Shown in pieces: positions 13,330 through 25,281 of a stretch of 64,000 nucleotides of DNA; position 1 is the first letter of the stretch; each line of letters begins with the position of its first letter. The DNA comes from Camelus dromedarius (Eukaryota). The stretch is from positions 124,001-188,000 of the forward strand of contig NC_087438.1 of the NCBI RefSeq assembly GCF_036321535.1, read 5' to 3'. A program made the translations under genes and the position numbers. Under the pieces are notes generated by a model. The model was given only the letters and a program-made list of their open reading frames with translations. It searched no databases and was not told where the DNA came from.

Positions 13330-13606
13330 TATACATCACGGCTAATAATTTTTTCCTAAAGCTGAAATAGGAGGTTATACTGTTCTGCCTAATAAAATAT
13401 GGACAGCTTAAAAAGTGCTTCTGAGAATCTGCATCCTTAGCTGCGGAAGGGGATGGAGCAGGAGCCCTGTCTCCCAAGGCCTGCGGTCCTGCTTGGGGGA
13501 GGCAGGGCGGAAGAGGTGGCTGTGAGTGCGCAGGCGCAGCCAGGGCGGCACCGGCAGAGGATCAGTCCCAGGGACTGACCCAGCCAGAGGCCCGCCCACC
13601 CTCGAG

Positions 13607-14277
13607 TCACTTCACTCTGGCCTCCTCTTCCAGGATGGCCTTCTCCGCACTCCTGAACTTCTTCAGCTCCACGACCAGTTCCCAGTACTTGAGATACAGC
13701 CACATGAGCCTCCCATTCTGGCGCCTGTCGGTGTTCCAGACGTCACCACAGTACGTGTCATGCTTGAATATGTCAACCAGGCCAGCCGCCACCCCCAGGT
13801 CCACAGCTACTGGGTCCGTGGATGCTCGGACCAGCCAGCTCTTCTCTAGCTCCAGCCGGCGGCGGCGTGGGAGCAGGAGGCTGCAGTAAATGCCCTGCCT
13901 CTCAGTGAGGGCACCTTCCAGCTCCCGCAGCAGGAGCCGGGCCCTCCGCTGCCAGTCCTCCTCCCTGTCCAGGCAGCTCAGGTAGGCCCTCCGCAGGGGC
14001 TGTGCATTCTCCCGCAGGACCCGCGCCCGTTCCTGCTCCAGAAGCTTCCTTTCCTCCACCATCTTGCGCCCCTGAGAGATGAGGGCTTCTCGGTAACTAG
14101 TCGTCCTATTCTGTTCCTTTTCAAGCTCCAGGGACAACTGGGCCACAGCACGCCGACTCTCTGAGATTGTGGCCTGGTACTTGGCTTCGAGGTCCCGCTG
14201 GAAGGCAGCTGTTCTCTGACGACACGCTTCCCTCTCAGCTTCTATTTCTTTCTGGGACTCCCTAGACCAAATCCAAC
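13607..14277 (-). CDS. CCDC127: Coiled-coil domain-containing protein 127, last coding exon
   Basis: Acceptor tgcag|GT TGG ATT TGG; WIWSRESQKE...QNGRLMWLYLKYWELVVELKKF...; TGA at 13609-13607. Confidence 0.95.
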
Positions 14278-16199
14278 CTGCACAAATGAGTTGGGGGAGG
14301 AAAACACACGTAATGAAACATCAGAGCACAAGTTCTATAATCTTTAAAGAAAACATAAAGCTGCTAAGAACAGCATTTCAATAAAATCTTAAGTCCTGAG
14401 AGGTACGAGTAAGATAGCATTTCGTATGAAACTACATAATACACAAAGTTCTTAACTTAAAAATCAGATAAGGGCTCCCAAAGACAAGCACGGGACGGCT
14501 GCAGAGAATCTGCCTTTCAGCCTCTGAGTTTTTGAGGCTGAGAAAATCTACCACTGCTTTCTTTTGCTCCCAAGCCCATCACCGTTTGTCTGCTCTGGGC
14601 ACAGAGCTCTCACGTACCACTGGCAAGGTTTAAGAATGAACGTGGGTGAGTATGCTTCAAATACTCTCAGCCAGGTTATTGCAGAACTAAGTTCCAAGTG
14701 TGTTCAGCTTTGCCTGCTCATCAGAAGTAAACAGCTGAAGCCCAAGATGTTTGCTTATGTTCCGACAGGGACCACATAAATAAGGAGCTAGGAGTTCAGC
14801 CTCAAGACAAGATGAGGCCCCACCATAACCTCACAAACACGGGACAGAAGAGTGCGGAGAGCTGGGGTGGGTAACACCCCGCTTTGCCTCACAAAGTGAG
14901 GAGCCACCAGGCACCTGCAGCGTGGAGAAGGCCAAGGTCAGAGAACGGGAGTCTGACGACCACAAAGCCTGGGGCCAGCAGGTGCCTGGCCCTGGGTGTT
15001 GTTGCCAACTTGTCCCCATCCCACCAACAATAAGAGGAAGATGGTGTGACGCCTCCACTGGTATAGGATACACTCCTGCCCAGTAATTTCATCAATGTGG
15101 GGGCAGCCACGCTGGGTCCTGGCTTTTCACAGTGACAACTCGTCCGGCCAGTACTTGCGAGAAGCAGCAGGGATCTGAGCCCCTTGGAAAACAGCAGGAT
15201 TGCTCAGCAAACCTTCAAAGGCACCAAGAGGACCACTTAAAGCATCATTTTACACCCAGCCCTCCAAACGCAGCCAGGGGGCTCACACATTTCTCTCCCA
15301 CTTCCTCTGCCTCCCTGGTGTCCACTCCCCAGTGGAAACTGCTGGAGTGTCCATCAACCGTCGGTTCTCTTTCTGCTCTTGATGGTCCCTCCCCATCAAC
15401 ACCAAGGCGGTGTCCTTGCTGTGCGGCCTGTCCCCTGGTCCCGACGTCACTGTCACCCATGAGGACAGCACTTCCAGGTGCCTCAGAGCCGCCTTCATTC
15501 TACAACCATGAGACCAAGTGCACCCTTCCTCACTTAAACAGCCTCCAGTCCCTAAAGCTGAGGGGTGGGGCAGGACAGAGCTAGCCCTGCTGTACCAACC
15601 CACTCCAACTCCAATGCCTCAAACATGGAGCCAGCGGAGGCTGATTCATAACATGGCACACACCTGACATGGGAGCACAGAACATAGCTCATCAGGAGGG
15701 CCTCCAGAAAGAGGAGGCGACTGGGCAGCTATGGAGACCAAAGTGCAGGATGGAATGGTAGGTGGACACCCTAATTCTGGTCTGGGAGTCCTGCCTCATG
15801 ACTCTGCAGACACAACTTGGTGGAGCCTCAGTTTCAGAAGGCACATGAAAGAGCTGGGAGTCCTGCTTTTGGGAAAATGGAACACAAGTACTCTCTCCTA
15901 TTCTTCTTGCTAAGAACAATAAAGCACCCGGACGCTGTACGTAGAACTAACACAAGACGCCCATGGAGGGCGGACAGGAGCAGGCAGGCCGGCGAGGGAC
16001 CTTGGCACCCAAGGACACCGTGGCAGTGGGTCCCCTGGGGCTTCATTTTGCCTTGTGGTCCCAGATTTGAAGCTGAAATGCCACAGCTAACATTTACTTA
16101 ATGGTGAAAAGACCGACTGCTTTCCTCCAAGATCAGGAACTATTCAGCAATCCTGGAGGTTCCAGACAATGCAAGAAAGGGTTAGAAAGGAAGACAGAA

Positions 16200-16800
16200 A
16201 ACCTGTCTCGCACCTCACAGAAAAATTACTTCCAAATGGATCATGCACTCCACGTAAAACGCAGAGCTAACACTGCAGGGAAGACACAAGAGAGAACCTT
16301 CTGGACCCAGGGCCAGGCTAAGAGTCCCCACACTCGGTATATGAAAGCATGAGCCATCAAAGGAAATACTGATAAGCTGGACTTTATCAAAGCGAAAACT
16401 TCTGCTTCATGGAAAACTCTGTTAAGAGGCTACAGGCTGGGAGAAGATACCTGAAAACCAGACAGCCAACTAAGTACTAGAAGCTAGAACACAGTAAAAA
16501 CTGTCCAAACTCAACATGAAAAAACAATCTGATCAGAAAACAGCCAAAAGACAGGAACAGACACTTCAAGAAAGCAGGTAAACCAATGCAAGTAAGTGTG
16601 AAAAGATGTCCAGCATCATCAGTCATCAGGGAAATGAGGTCAAAACCACATGGGGTGTCACTGCACGCCCGCAAGAACAGGCAAGGGCAGTGGTGACCAC
16701 ACCAGGAGAGGGGGGAACCCAAGAGACCGGACGAGAGAGCAAAATGGTTCAGCCACTCTGGGGAACATCTGTCACTTTCTCAAAAAACTGAACATTGACT
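16200..16800 (+). mobile_element. Old LINE-1 fragment in the CCDC127 intron
   Basis: L1 hallmarks such as gataagctggactttatcaaa..aacttctgc, catcagggaaatg..tcaaaaccaca and aaaatggttcagccactctgg; boundaries approximate. Confidence 0.75.
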
Positions 16801-16869
16801 CCCAAGGAGGCTGATGAGCAGGCGGGTTCTGTGATTCAGGGATCTGCAGCCCAACTCCAGCCCTAAGGG

Positions 16870-17635
16870 CGCTGCTGTTTACAAACTAGCCTGCTAGCTT
16901 GCAAAACCCTACCTAACACCCAGAGAGGCTGCCTGTGGCTAGGGCGATGAACTGCTGAGTGACACCACTTACTCAGGTAATAATTAGCTAGTTTTGAGGC
17001 TGGGAAAGGCCCAACGGGACTTGTTTTTCCGACTCTCTGGCTTTTACAGCTTGTCTGGTGTGAACAGGACGCCGTGGTTATCAAGCCTTCCCGGGAGCCC
17101 TGAAGAATAGACACCAAGCGGGAAAGGGGGAGGCTGACTGCTGCCAAGCCCTCGGCCACAGCAGCGTCCCCAGTAGTGGCGCCTGAGGGGACTCAGGGTA
17201 GGGAAGAACAGGACACTGGCCCTGGGCAGCTCAGGTGCACATCGCAGGAGTGATTTCAATGAGCCCAGATGCCTGCGTCTTTCCGTGCGTGGAAGAGTGC
17301 TATGTATTTTACACATTGTATTAATGTATTAACACACTGATCGCCACATCACCCAAATCTGGGTGACAGCTGTGCTTCCTCAGGCACACCAGATCCACAG
17401 CGTTAACTCAAGATGCCTGGTTTTCTTTAATTAACAGTAATCTTTAATGTTCCAACCACCTGGTCTTTGTTAACTGTTGAGCAAACTCCTACACATCCTG
17501 GCTCCTCCCCTCCCTCTTGGGAGTGGTCCCTCAGAGCATCTGAGAGGCTGCCTCCTCGGGCCTGAAGTCCTCAGAAAGTCTGCCCAATGAAACCACCCTC
17601 AACTTTCAGGCTGTGCATTTCTTTTCAGGCGATGA
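16870..17635 (+). mobile_element. ERV LTR-like element
   Basis: 3' part tctgagaggctgcctcc..tcctcag..ctcaactt..gcattt is related to the element ending at 19490; 5' boundary uncertain. Confidence 0.45.
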
Positions 17636-18049
17636 TGGTAATCAGCACATTTGAGGTTCCTGCCTGCTTGTCGTTTTGAAATGATACTTTCTGTCCCTCA
17701 GAAGGGTTGAAGAATGTTGTACTTTTTCGTCTCGGTTATCTTGCTCAGGGTAATGTGATCAGAGAAAACTTCTAAACTTTGCATTCTTGTATGGATTCTC
17801 CAAAAATGTGTTATTACAAGGTTAAGAAATTATATGGAAGACATGAGGGTTAAGTAGCCCCCAGCACAGTCTGAAAGTCACGGCAGACAAATGGAGTGAT
17901 AAATGCTACTCTTGTCAGCCTCCACTTTCTCGGCTCCAACCTGTGGGAGCCACTCCATGCGTCACGCAACAGAGGGGAGCTCTTGCTGGTCTTCCTCCCA
18001 AGTTTTCAGTTTCTCATACTCTTAAGTGCCAACCCAGAACCATGGGAGG

Positions 18050-18568
18050 TGATACGGGGTAGCAGAATATGCCACCCTCACTATGTCTCTTTGGCATAAG
18101 GGTTACTTAAGACTGGTTATTTTCTAAGAAACAGCAGTCATGGGAGAAACTTGGAAAACCAAGCAGGCGTTATCCTTTCGTAAGGAACACTTAAAGTTAC
18201 AAGGGAGACCTCCATTTGTAAGGGTGTCTCCCTGGCTGAAGCAGGAAGAGGCTGACCAAATCTCTGGAACTCTTACCAAAGGAGAAGGCTGCATAACCAC
18301 CCCACCCTTGAATACTGCACTTTTCCTGGTCATCTCTGGTAACTAACTCTCCACCCTGAAACCCTCTTTTGTCTTCAGTGGGGGATGGTATGCAGGGTGA
18401 GGGCTTATGCCCTTCTGGTGAGTTACTCAGTTTTCCTGGGTCTCTCCTACCTGTACATGTTAACAACTTCTGTTTGATTTTCTCCTGTTAGTCTGTCTCA
18501 TGTCAATTTAATTCTTGCACCAGCCAGAAGAACTCAAAGTGTAGAAAAAAATTTCTTTCTCCCTGACA
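18050..18568 (+). mobile_element. MER34-like ERV1 solo LTR
   Basis: TG...CA termini; gcagaatatgccacc...tctttggcataagg start and ttttctcctgttagtctgtct...ctccctgaca end resemble the recalled MER34-family consensus. Confidence 0.65.
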
Positions 18569-18699
18569 ATAACAAAATATAAAACTAACTCCTGCACATC
18601 AGGATATTTATCGGGTGGCAGGGACATAAACTAAGAACTGGAATAATTACGACTGACTGGCGACTGGTAATTTCCCCAGAGTAGACAAAGTCAGTTCAA

Positions 18700-19490
18700 A
18701 GCAGAGAGTTTCTGGCCTGAGCAGAAGTTTCACAGATGAAGCCTCCCGAAGACCAATTTCCTAAACATCACACAGACATCCAAAACAGCTTTTCTTTTCT
18801 GCCTGTTTTATTCTTCCTCATAGGTCCTCTTAGGGCAGCTGAAGCAAGGGAGCCCCTTCAGAGCAAAGACGCCGTAAAAGGGTGCAAGCAGTTACTCAAC
18901 TCACTCCACATGAAATGCCTCCAAATGTCCTGTCTTATTTACCCCTCACAGTGCATGCAGATGACTGGCGGTCAGAGTGGCCAAGGCTCAGAGGGCTAAG
19001 TACTTTGCTAAGATACACGTCTGTGATAAAACAAGGCTGTGCACATGCATCTGTGTCAACAAAGACTGCTGTCCAAAACTCCAGTCACAAAAGGGTCAAG
19101 CCATCAGCTGCAGCAGCCGCTGACCTATAAGTTCAGCCTGAAAGGCATTTGGGACGAAGGCACTCTGTGTTCTGGATGCATAGGACCCTGCACAGTTAAG
19201 ACGCACAACTAAGGAAGACTCTCAGTGACCTTCCCTTCAGAGGTAAGCACTAAAATCATTAACTTGCGATACCTGGATTGTTTTGTGACAACTGGTAATC
19301 TTTTACCAAGAGGTACGCTTCCCAGCTAAAACATTCACCTGTATCCCAGCTCCTCCCCGGCCTCTTCAGAGCTGTTCCTAAGAACTGTCTGAGAGGCTCC
19401 CTCCTGGGCTATACTCCTCAGTAAGACCCTGAATAACACTCAACTTGCAGCTCTCACTTTGGGCATTCCCCCCACCACCCCCAGTCAACA
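18700..19490 (+). mobile_element. ERV LTR-like element
   Basis: tctgagaggctccctcctgggct..tcctcagtaag..ctcaactt..cagtcaaca end; similar to 17500-17635; 5' boundary uncertain. Confidence 0.45.
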
Positions 19491-19573
19491 GTTGTCAGGT
19501 TCCAAAGCCCAAGATGTTTCGGCTCCACACTTTCAGCCCAGAAAAGTGAAATGTCAGGAAAACCATGACTTAC

Positions 19574-19694
19574 GAAAAGCAGCCAGCCCCAGCATCGGCA
19601 CCAACAGGGCATAATTCCATCTGCTTCCATCACCACCATCAGCCCTGGAATTAGGCCGGATATTCCAATTTGGAGGGTTATTTAAGTTATTCAT
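19574..19694 (-). CDS. CCDC127: CCDC127 first coding exon (exon spans about 19704-19574)
   Basis: MNNLNNPPNWNIRPNSRADGGDGSRWNYALLVPMLGLAAF; donor C|gtaagt; total CDS 792 nt = 263 aa. Confidence 0.95.
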
Positions 19695-20587
19695 GGAGAT
19701 ACACCTTGAAGTAAATAATAACGCACCTTGAAGTAAATAATTAACCATACAAAATGAGTAAAATAACACTGGTCACAATTATGACATCTACATGGCTCAT
19801 GAGTCCTTTTTCCCTTCCAAAATTTTTAGATCTAGGTATGTGCTTCACAGCACTGAGCCCTATGGGATTAAAAGGAGAAAAAAAAACAAGATTTCAGGCA
19901 AAAGCCGCTCACAAACCGTAGGGGAGAGAGATGTGTCTCAAATAACTGAAATACAAATAGAACAAGGTGAATATATGTAAAAGGAACCCAATTCAGCTTT
20001 TAAAAACTCTTAATGGGCTTTTCAATAAATACCTGTTAAACACCTAAAGACATAAAATTCTAATTGGCAATAAAGAGACGACCACAAAAAAAAGTTTCAG
20101 GACTTACTGTTAAGGAGCTTGTAGCGAGCACGGAATAAAAAACTCAGAGGATGAAAAGCACTAAAGCGTGGAACCCCAAGAGGGTAGGTCTGGGAGCAGC
20201 TTTCCTTCCCCTCGAACCCCATAAACTACAGGGTCCGGACCCTCCCCCCCGACCCCGCAACCTACGGGGTCCTCCTCCGGAGACGCACAACCCTAGAGCA
20301 GCGGAACCCGGCACGCACCGGGCGCCGCGCAGTTAACCCCCGAACGTCGGCCCCGGGGGCGGCCCGTCCAGAACCTGCTCGGCACAGTAACTCCCGCTCC
20401 GTCCCGGAGGAAAAAGCGGGCGGAGACCACGTACCAGCGAGCACTGGTTCATTTCAAAAACTCCAGTAAACTCAACAAAAACCAAACACCGTGTGGACAG
20501 GAGGAGAAACCAGGCGAGTCCGTGAAGACGCCTGACCCCCGACTCGGCCCGGCCCCGCGGGCCCAGACCTCCGGGACACCGACCTAC

Positions 20588-20660
20588 CCCGAGTGGGGAG
20601 CTCCGGACCTTGTCCCGGGCGCCGCCGTCTGCGGGTCGTCTCTGCGCAGGCGCGCCGTCG
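20588..20660 (-). other. CCDC127: Probable non-coding first exon of CCDC127
   Basis: Donor GGG|gtaggt at 20588/20587 inside the CpG island; TSS position not determinable. Confidence 0.5.
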
Positions 20661-20817
20661 CCCGTTGACCCCGGGCGCGGGGATGTTAAGAACCCGGCGC
20701 TGCGATGTGCGCAGGCGCGCCGCTCCTCCCCCACCTGCCCCGCGGCCAACCCCGCGTCGCGGCGACGTGCGCAGGCGCAGTCTGCGCGGGGCTTGCGGAC
20801 GGCTGCGGAGAGCGGAC

Positions 20818-20880
20818 ATGTCGGGCGTCCGGGCGGTGTCGCGGCTGCTGCGCGCCCGGCGCTTGGCGCTGAGCTCCGGG
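20818..20880 (+). CDS. SDHA: Succinate dehydrogenase flavoprotein subunit, exon 1
   Basis: MSGVRAVSRLLRARRLALSSG transit peptide, 63 nt, donor gtgagt. Confidence 0.95.
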
Positions 20881-23800
20881 GTGAGTCGGCGCCGTGCGTG
20901 GATAGGCGGGCGGGGCGGACGCCGGGCCCGGGCCCCAGCCCGCGGCGGGGCGGGCTGAGGAGGGCCCGCCGGACTCCGCGCCCGCCGGCCGGGCTGCGGC
21001 GCGGTGAAGGTCACGGCCCAGGACGCCGGGCCTCGGCGGGCCGGGGCTGGGGTCCGAGCCGAGCCCGGCGCTGGGTTCGGGTCTTCCCTCTGGGGTTCGT
21101 GCGCTGACCCTGCGCACTGACCGCAAAGCCACAGGGGCGGGCGCGGGACGCGCGTGCTTTCCTGAGTCCTGGCTGCTGGACCGTGTCCCATGCACTCCTG
21201 GCAGGTCTTCAGAGTCGACCCTTTAGGGTTCTGTTGAAGCACTGGACTTAGAGGGTTTAGTTATTTGGCGTTTTTACGTGAACTCGCCCAACCACCTAAT
21301 TAGTAATTTAATTACAAAGTAAAGGACTTAATGGGAACCAAGGCTTTTAACAACGTTGATTTATGCTTGTAATTGTACCCACAATTTTCTCCTTTTTAAA
21401 ATACAAGAATTAAAAGTTATGTTAAATGTGAGAAGGTTTAGTCAGACATCCCACCAACCTTTTAAATGCTGGTGCTTTGAGACCCCAGATCTGGGGCTCA
21501 AAGACAGTGGTAGCAGGGGACCCCAAGCAGGAAATGGTCGGTAGGGTGCTTTTAGTCAGCCCAGCATGAGCAGACTTGTAAGTGGGCCCTCTTGTCCGGT
21601 GAGAGGAGATTGGAGAAGAGCTGACACGTCTGTCTTGACACAGACTGCACCCAGTGTTCCATGTTGCAGCCTGGGAGCTCCCCTCACCCACACCCGCCCT
21701 TTGTCAGTTTATGAGAATGTTGATCTAGGCTGGCCTAGAAGGAATTCAGCTCTGAGCTTTTAGCTGAGAGTGAGAGTGCAGTTTGAAGCAGGACTGGTTG
21801 GAGTGTAAGCCTCTCCTTTCCTATTGGCTTGGTTGAGCTAGCTGTTAGCTGCCAGCAATTCACTTCATTATCTCCTTGAATCCTCACCACCAACCCGGGC
21901 TCAGGTGCTTGTGAACATGGTGGCAAGCTAGCGTTTGCAGAACTGAACCACGGGTCAGGTCTACCAAAGAGATGGGCTTGAGTTTTTAAAGCCTCTTTAT
22001 CTTGGTTAAGATAGCTGTGGAAATTGTTTCCATCTGTGGAAATGAATTCTGTCCCCAAGCTGTGTTTATTAGAGTTTAAGATTGGTGAGAACAAAAGCAT
22101 CAAGTTAGCAGAAGGAAAAAAAGAAAGAAATTCTTATCTCCAGCTGAGGAATGTTCGCAGAGCGTTGTTGATGAGGGTAATTTGAATAAAGTCCACAGAA
22201 ATTTTTTCTATATCTCATTTTGTTCAATTTTGTGGTGTTTCCATGTCATTTTATATTTATAACTGCTTTCCAGTTAAAAAGCTATCCAACCTATCTTGAC
22301 TTTGTCTTTTTTGATTGTCCCAATGCACTGACAAAATTTGCAAACTATTCCAAAGTTGTTAAACCAAAAGGAAAAGTAAAACCAAGGACCTTAAATAGTA
22401 GTTGGCTAACTTCTCATTTCAGATGAGATTTTTCAATTTTCAATAAAATATTGTTCTAGAGTAAGCCAATTTCTTTTCTTTGTGTCATTCTGAATATGTT
22501 TTAACGGTGTATCTAGATTTACAGTATTTAGGCCACTGTAATAACCTTTTGTTTTGCTTCTTGGGACATTACAATGCCACTAGCATTCAGTTCTGCATTC
22601 CATGTGATGTTTTTCCTGGTTGACTTGAAAAATTGTGGCTTGATTTGGGTACATAACCTGTATATTCATCTTAGTTTGGAGTCCCAGAGATTTTTCCCAA
22701 GGATCCCTAGTTAGTGGGGAAGTACAGGAGTCAGACCCAGTCCAGACCTCCTGTGTGCTGCAGAGACTTGGTTTCTCTGTGGGGTTAGTGAGGATTTTGT
22801 GAGGTAACATGAGAAAGTTTTGTGTGGTGCTCCTCCTCTGTGCAGGGCTCACAGCCTGTGCTTAGTAACTGTGTGAACTTTATTTTAAACATCCCTATTT
22901 TTAGAATCTTTAAATTTTTAGTGAAAATAATTACACATAGTAGTTAAAAAAAAAAAAGTCTGTGAGTACAGAAGGCTTTATACATGAAAAGGGCTAAGGC
23001 CACCTCCCTCCCCAGACTTGTTCCCCAGGGAAGCAGTGCTGAATTGTGTTGGTGTTGCCCTCAACTGTTTAACCTCCATTTCTCTAGCTAGTATGCAAGT
23101 GCATTTTTATCCATTTTAGACACTGGTTTTTGCTGGTGAGTGAGGTTTTCGTTCACTTAACCCTTCCTACTGCCCACATCCTCAGTTCTCTCTAATGTAG
23201 TTATGCAACCTCTCAGATCCTTTATTGGCTACTTTTGTAATTGTATAGGTTGTACTTACAAATTACCTCCTTGTTTGTGATTCATAGGTGTATTTTATTA
23301 GATGAGGACTCCCCACTTTGCAAGATGAGGATATCAGTGTCTCTACTCTTCGCGCTTTTTTCTCCCTTTTTCCTCCTAATTCAATTACCTGTACTTTTAT
23401 GCTATTAAGAGCTCTGTGTTCTTTCAATTCTACCTTAGGTAGATTTCCACATTATTTTTCATGTTACCATCTTGAAAAATGTTTGATAGTTTCTCTTCAA
23501 AAAACATTAGACTAATAAGTGACACAAAATGAGTTTTATCTAAAGACAGATGTTGGATTTAAATTGGACTCTCCAAATTCTAAAATTTTTCCCCAAATTG
23601 GTTTTAGATGCAAAGAAGTATTGCCATTTTCCGCAGAGAGATAACGTGATAATTTGTTCAAGATTTCTTTACAGTAACTGCCACTTTTTAAGTTAGCTGT
23701 GTGTGTGGTATTTGTGTCTCTCTTTATTCAACATGAACATTCTGGAAAGAAGAAATAAATACCTAGGGAATCTGTTTCTACTTTAATTTTCTTTGGTGTC

Positions 23801-25194
23801 ACAAAGTGTGTCTTTCTTATTGGTGCTATTACTTATGTTTATATTGTACTTTATGAAGTTTTCAAGAAAAATTGTATTAAAATTCTTTCAGTGACTTAGT
23901 TTTTTTTAAAATATGGTTTTACCATATTTTATAATATTTAAAAATTAGAATAAAGCTGAAGAGTTTGTTCTTTTTAATTCATATCTGAAAGAAAAAAATT
24001 AAATTGGTTTTGTTGGTAAAAACAAATGTACTTAACATTGCTATTAGAGAATCAAGGATATCTCTCTTAACAGTTCAGATCTACTTAGAAGTCCAAAGAA
24101 CTACGTTGTGATTGGAGCCATTAAAATAAACTCAAACATCTGTGTCAGCCACCACTCGGCCTCAGGGTTAGAGGGGCTGCCTCTGCCCCTCCTCACAGTG
24201 GCCAGGTCCTCCATCCCTGCCTGAGTCCTACATCTTGTCAGGATGTCTGTCCAGTTTAAAACACTCTGTTGAAGTTCATTTTTTGTTGGAAATTCTCCCT
24301 GTGACCCCAGCTTGCTTGTCCTGTAGTCATATCTGAAGGCATCTCCCATATCCCCTCTTGTCATTGTCGAATGTACTTATTTCCCAGAACTGTTCTGTCA
24401 GTAGTCTGCAGTCAGCAGAAGGGAAAGACGTACTTTCTAAATTGCTGACATTCTTAGCGCATGAAGAATGTTGCCTCTCATGCTGGGCTGCGTTGGGGAA
24501 ATGGTTACAGGATGGGGCATTGAAGATGGGACTTGGAGAGTTGCAGAGGTTGGCCAGGGACAGGTGTCCAGGTGTCCAGGCAGAGGGCAGCGTAGGTCAG
24601 ATGAGGGGTGTGGCTGAGCCTAGTGCCCACGTGGAGAGTGGTGAGGCAGGATGGGGAACATCCCTGGGCCTGCGTCTTCACATCTGCAATGAAGGGATGG
24701 TACCACTGGTGCCTCAGTGCCACCATGAGGAACAGAGCCTGCTCTGGAGCCTCCACCCCAATGCACTGCTGTATGCTGGTCCCAGGTCCCAGTGAGCTGC
24801 AAACCTCCTGGGGCACCAGTGTGAAGAGGGCTGTGATGGGTCCAGGAAAAGCACCTCACTGTTTGCAAAACTCCCACTTAGGCAGTAATACAGACATCCT
24901 TCCCATTCTCCACTAAATACCATGATTTGAGAAACTAACGTGAAAGTGTGCCTTTTTCGTTTCCCGAGTCAGTGAGCATCCTGTCTGGAAATATGCTTCA
25001 TCTGGAAGGGCCTTGCCAGAGTGCTGGGTCCTCGCCTCCTGGGCCTACCTTTGCCTTACCCTTCAGGGTTAAGTGGAAGGTTCCAGGTGAGGTTTCTGGG
25101 TGAAGGGGAGCACCTAGGTGCATAGAAGGGTAATGACTTAGAAGGGAAGTTTTAATTACAAGACACTGAACTCTCGCCATCTGTGTTTCAGCAG

Positions 25195-25281
25195 CAGCCA
25201 GCAGCATTGCAGACAGGAGCCCGCAGTTTCCACTTCACCATTGATGGCACTAAGAGGTCGTCTGCCAAAGTTTCAGATGCA
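25195..25281 (+). CDS. SDHA: SDHA exon 2 (start may be 25192, 25195 or 25198)
   Basis: [29 protein letters not shown]; donor gtaagt; tandem CAGCAGCAG acceptor. Confidence 0.88.

Larger units (their letters stand above)
20250..21160. promoter_or_regulatory. CpG island / bidirectional CCDC127-SDHA promoter with three NRF1-type sites
   Basis: Very high GC and CpG content; TGCGCAGGCGC(G/A) at 20643, 20708 and 20768. Confidence 0.9.

Noticed and set aside
20333..21242. Arg/Pro/Gly-rich ORFs up to 256 aa
   Set aside because: Stop-codon depletion in a CpG island; the same applies to 44883-46142.
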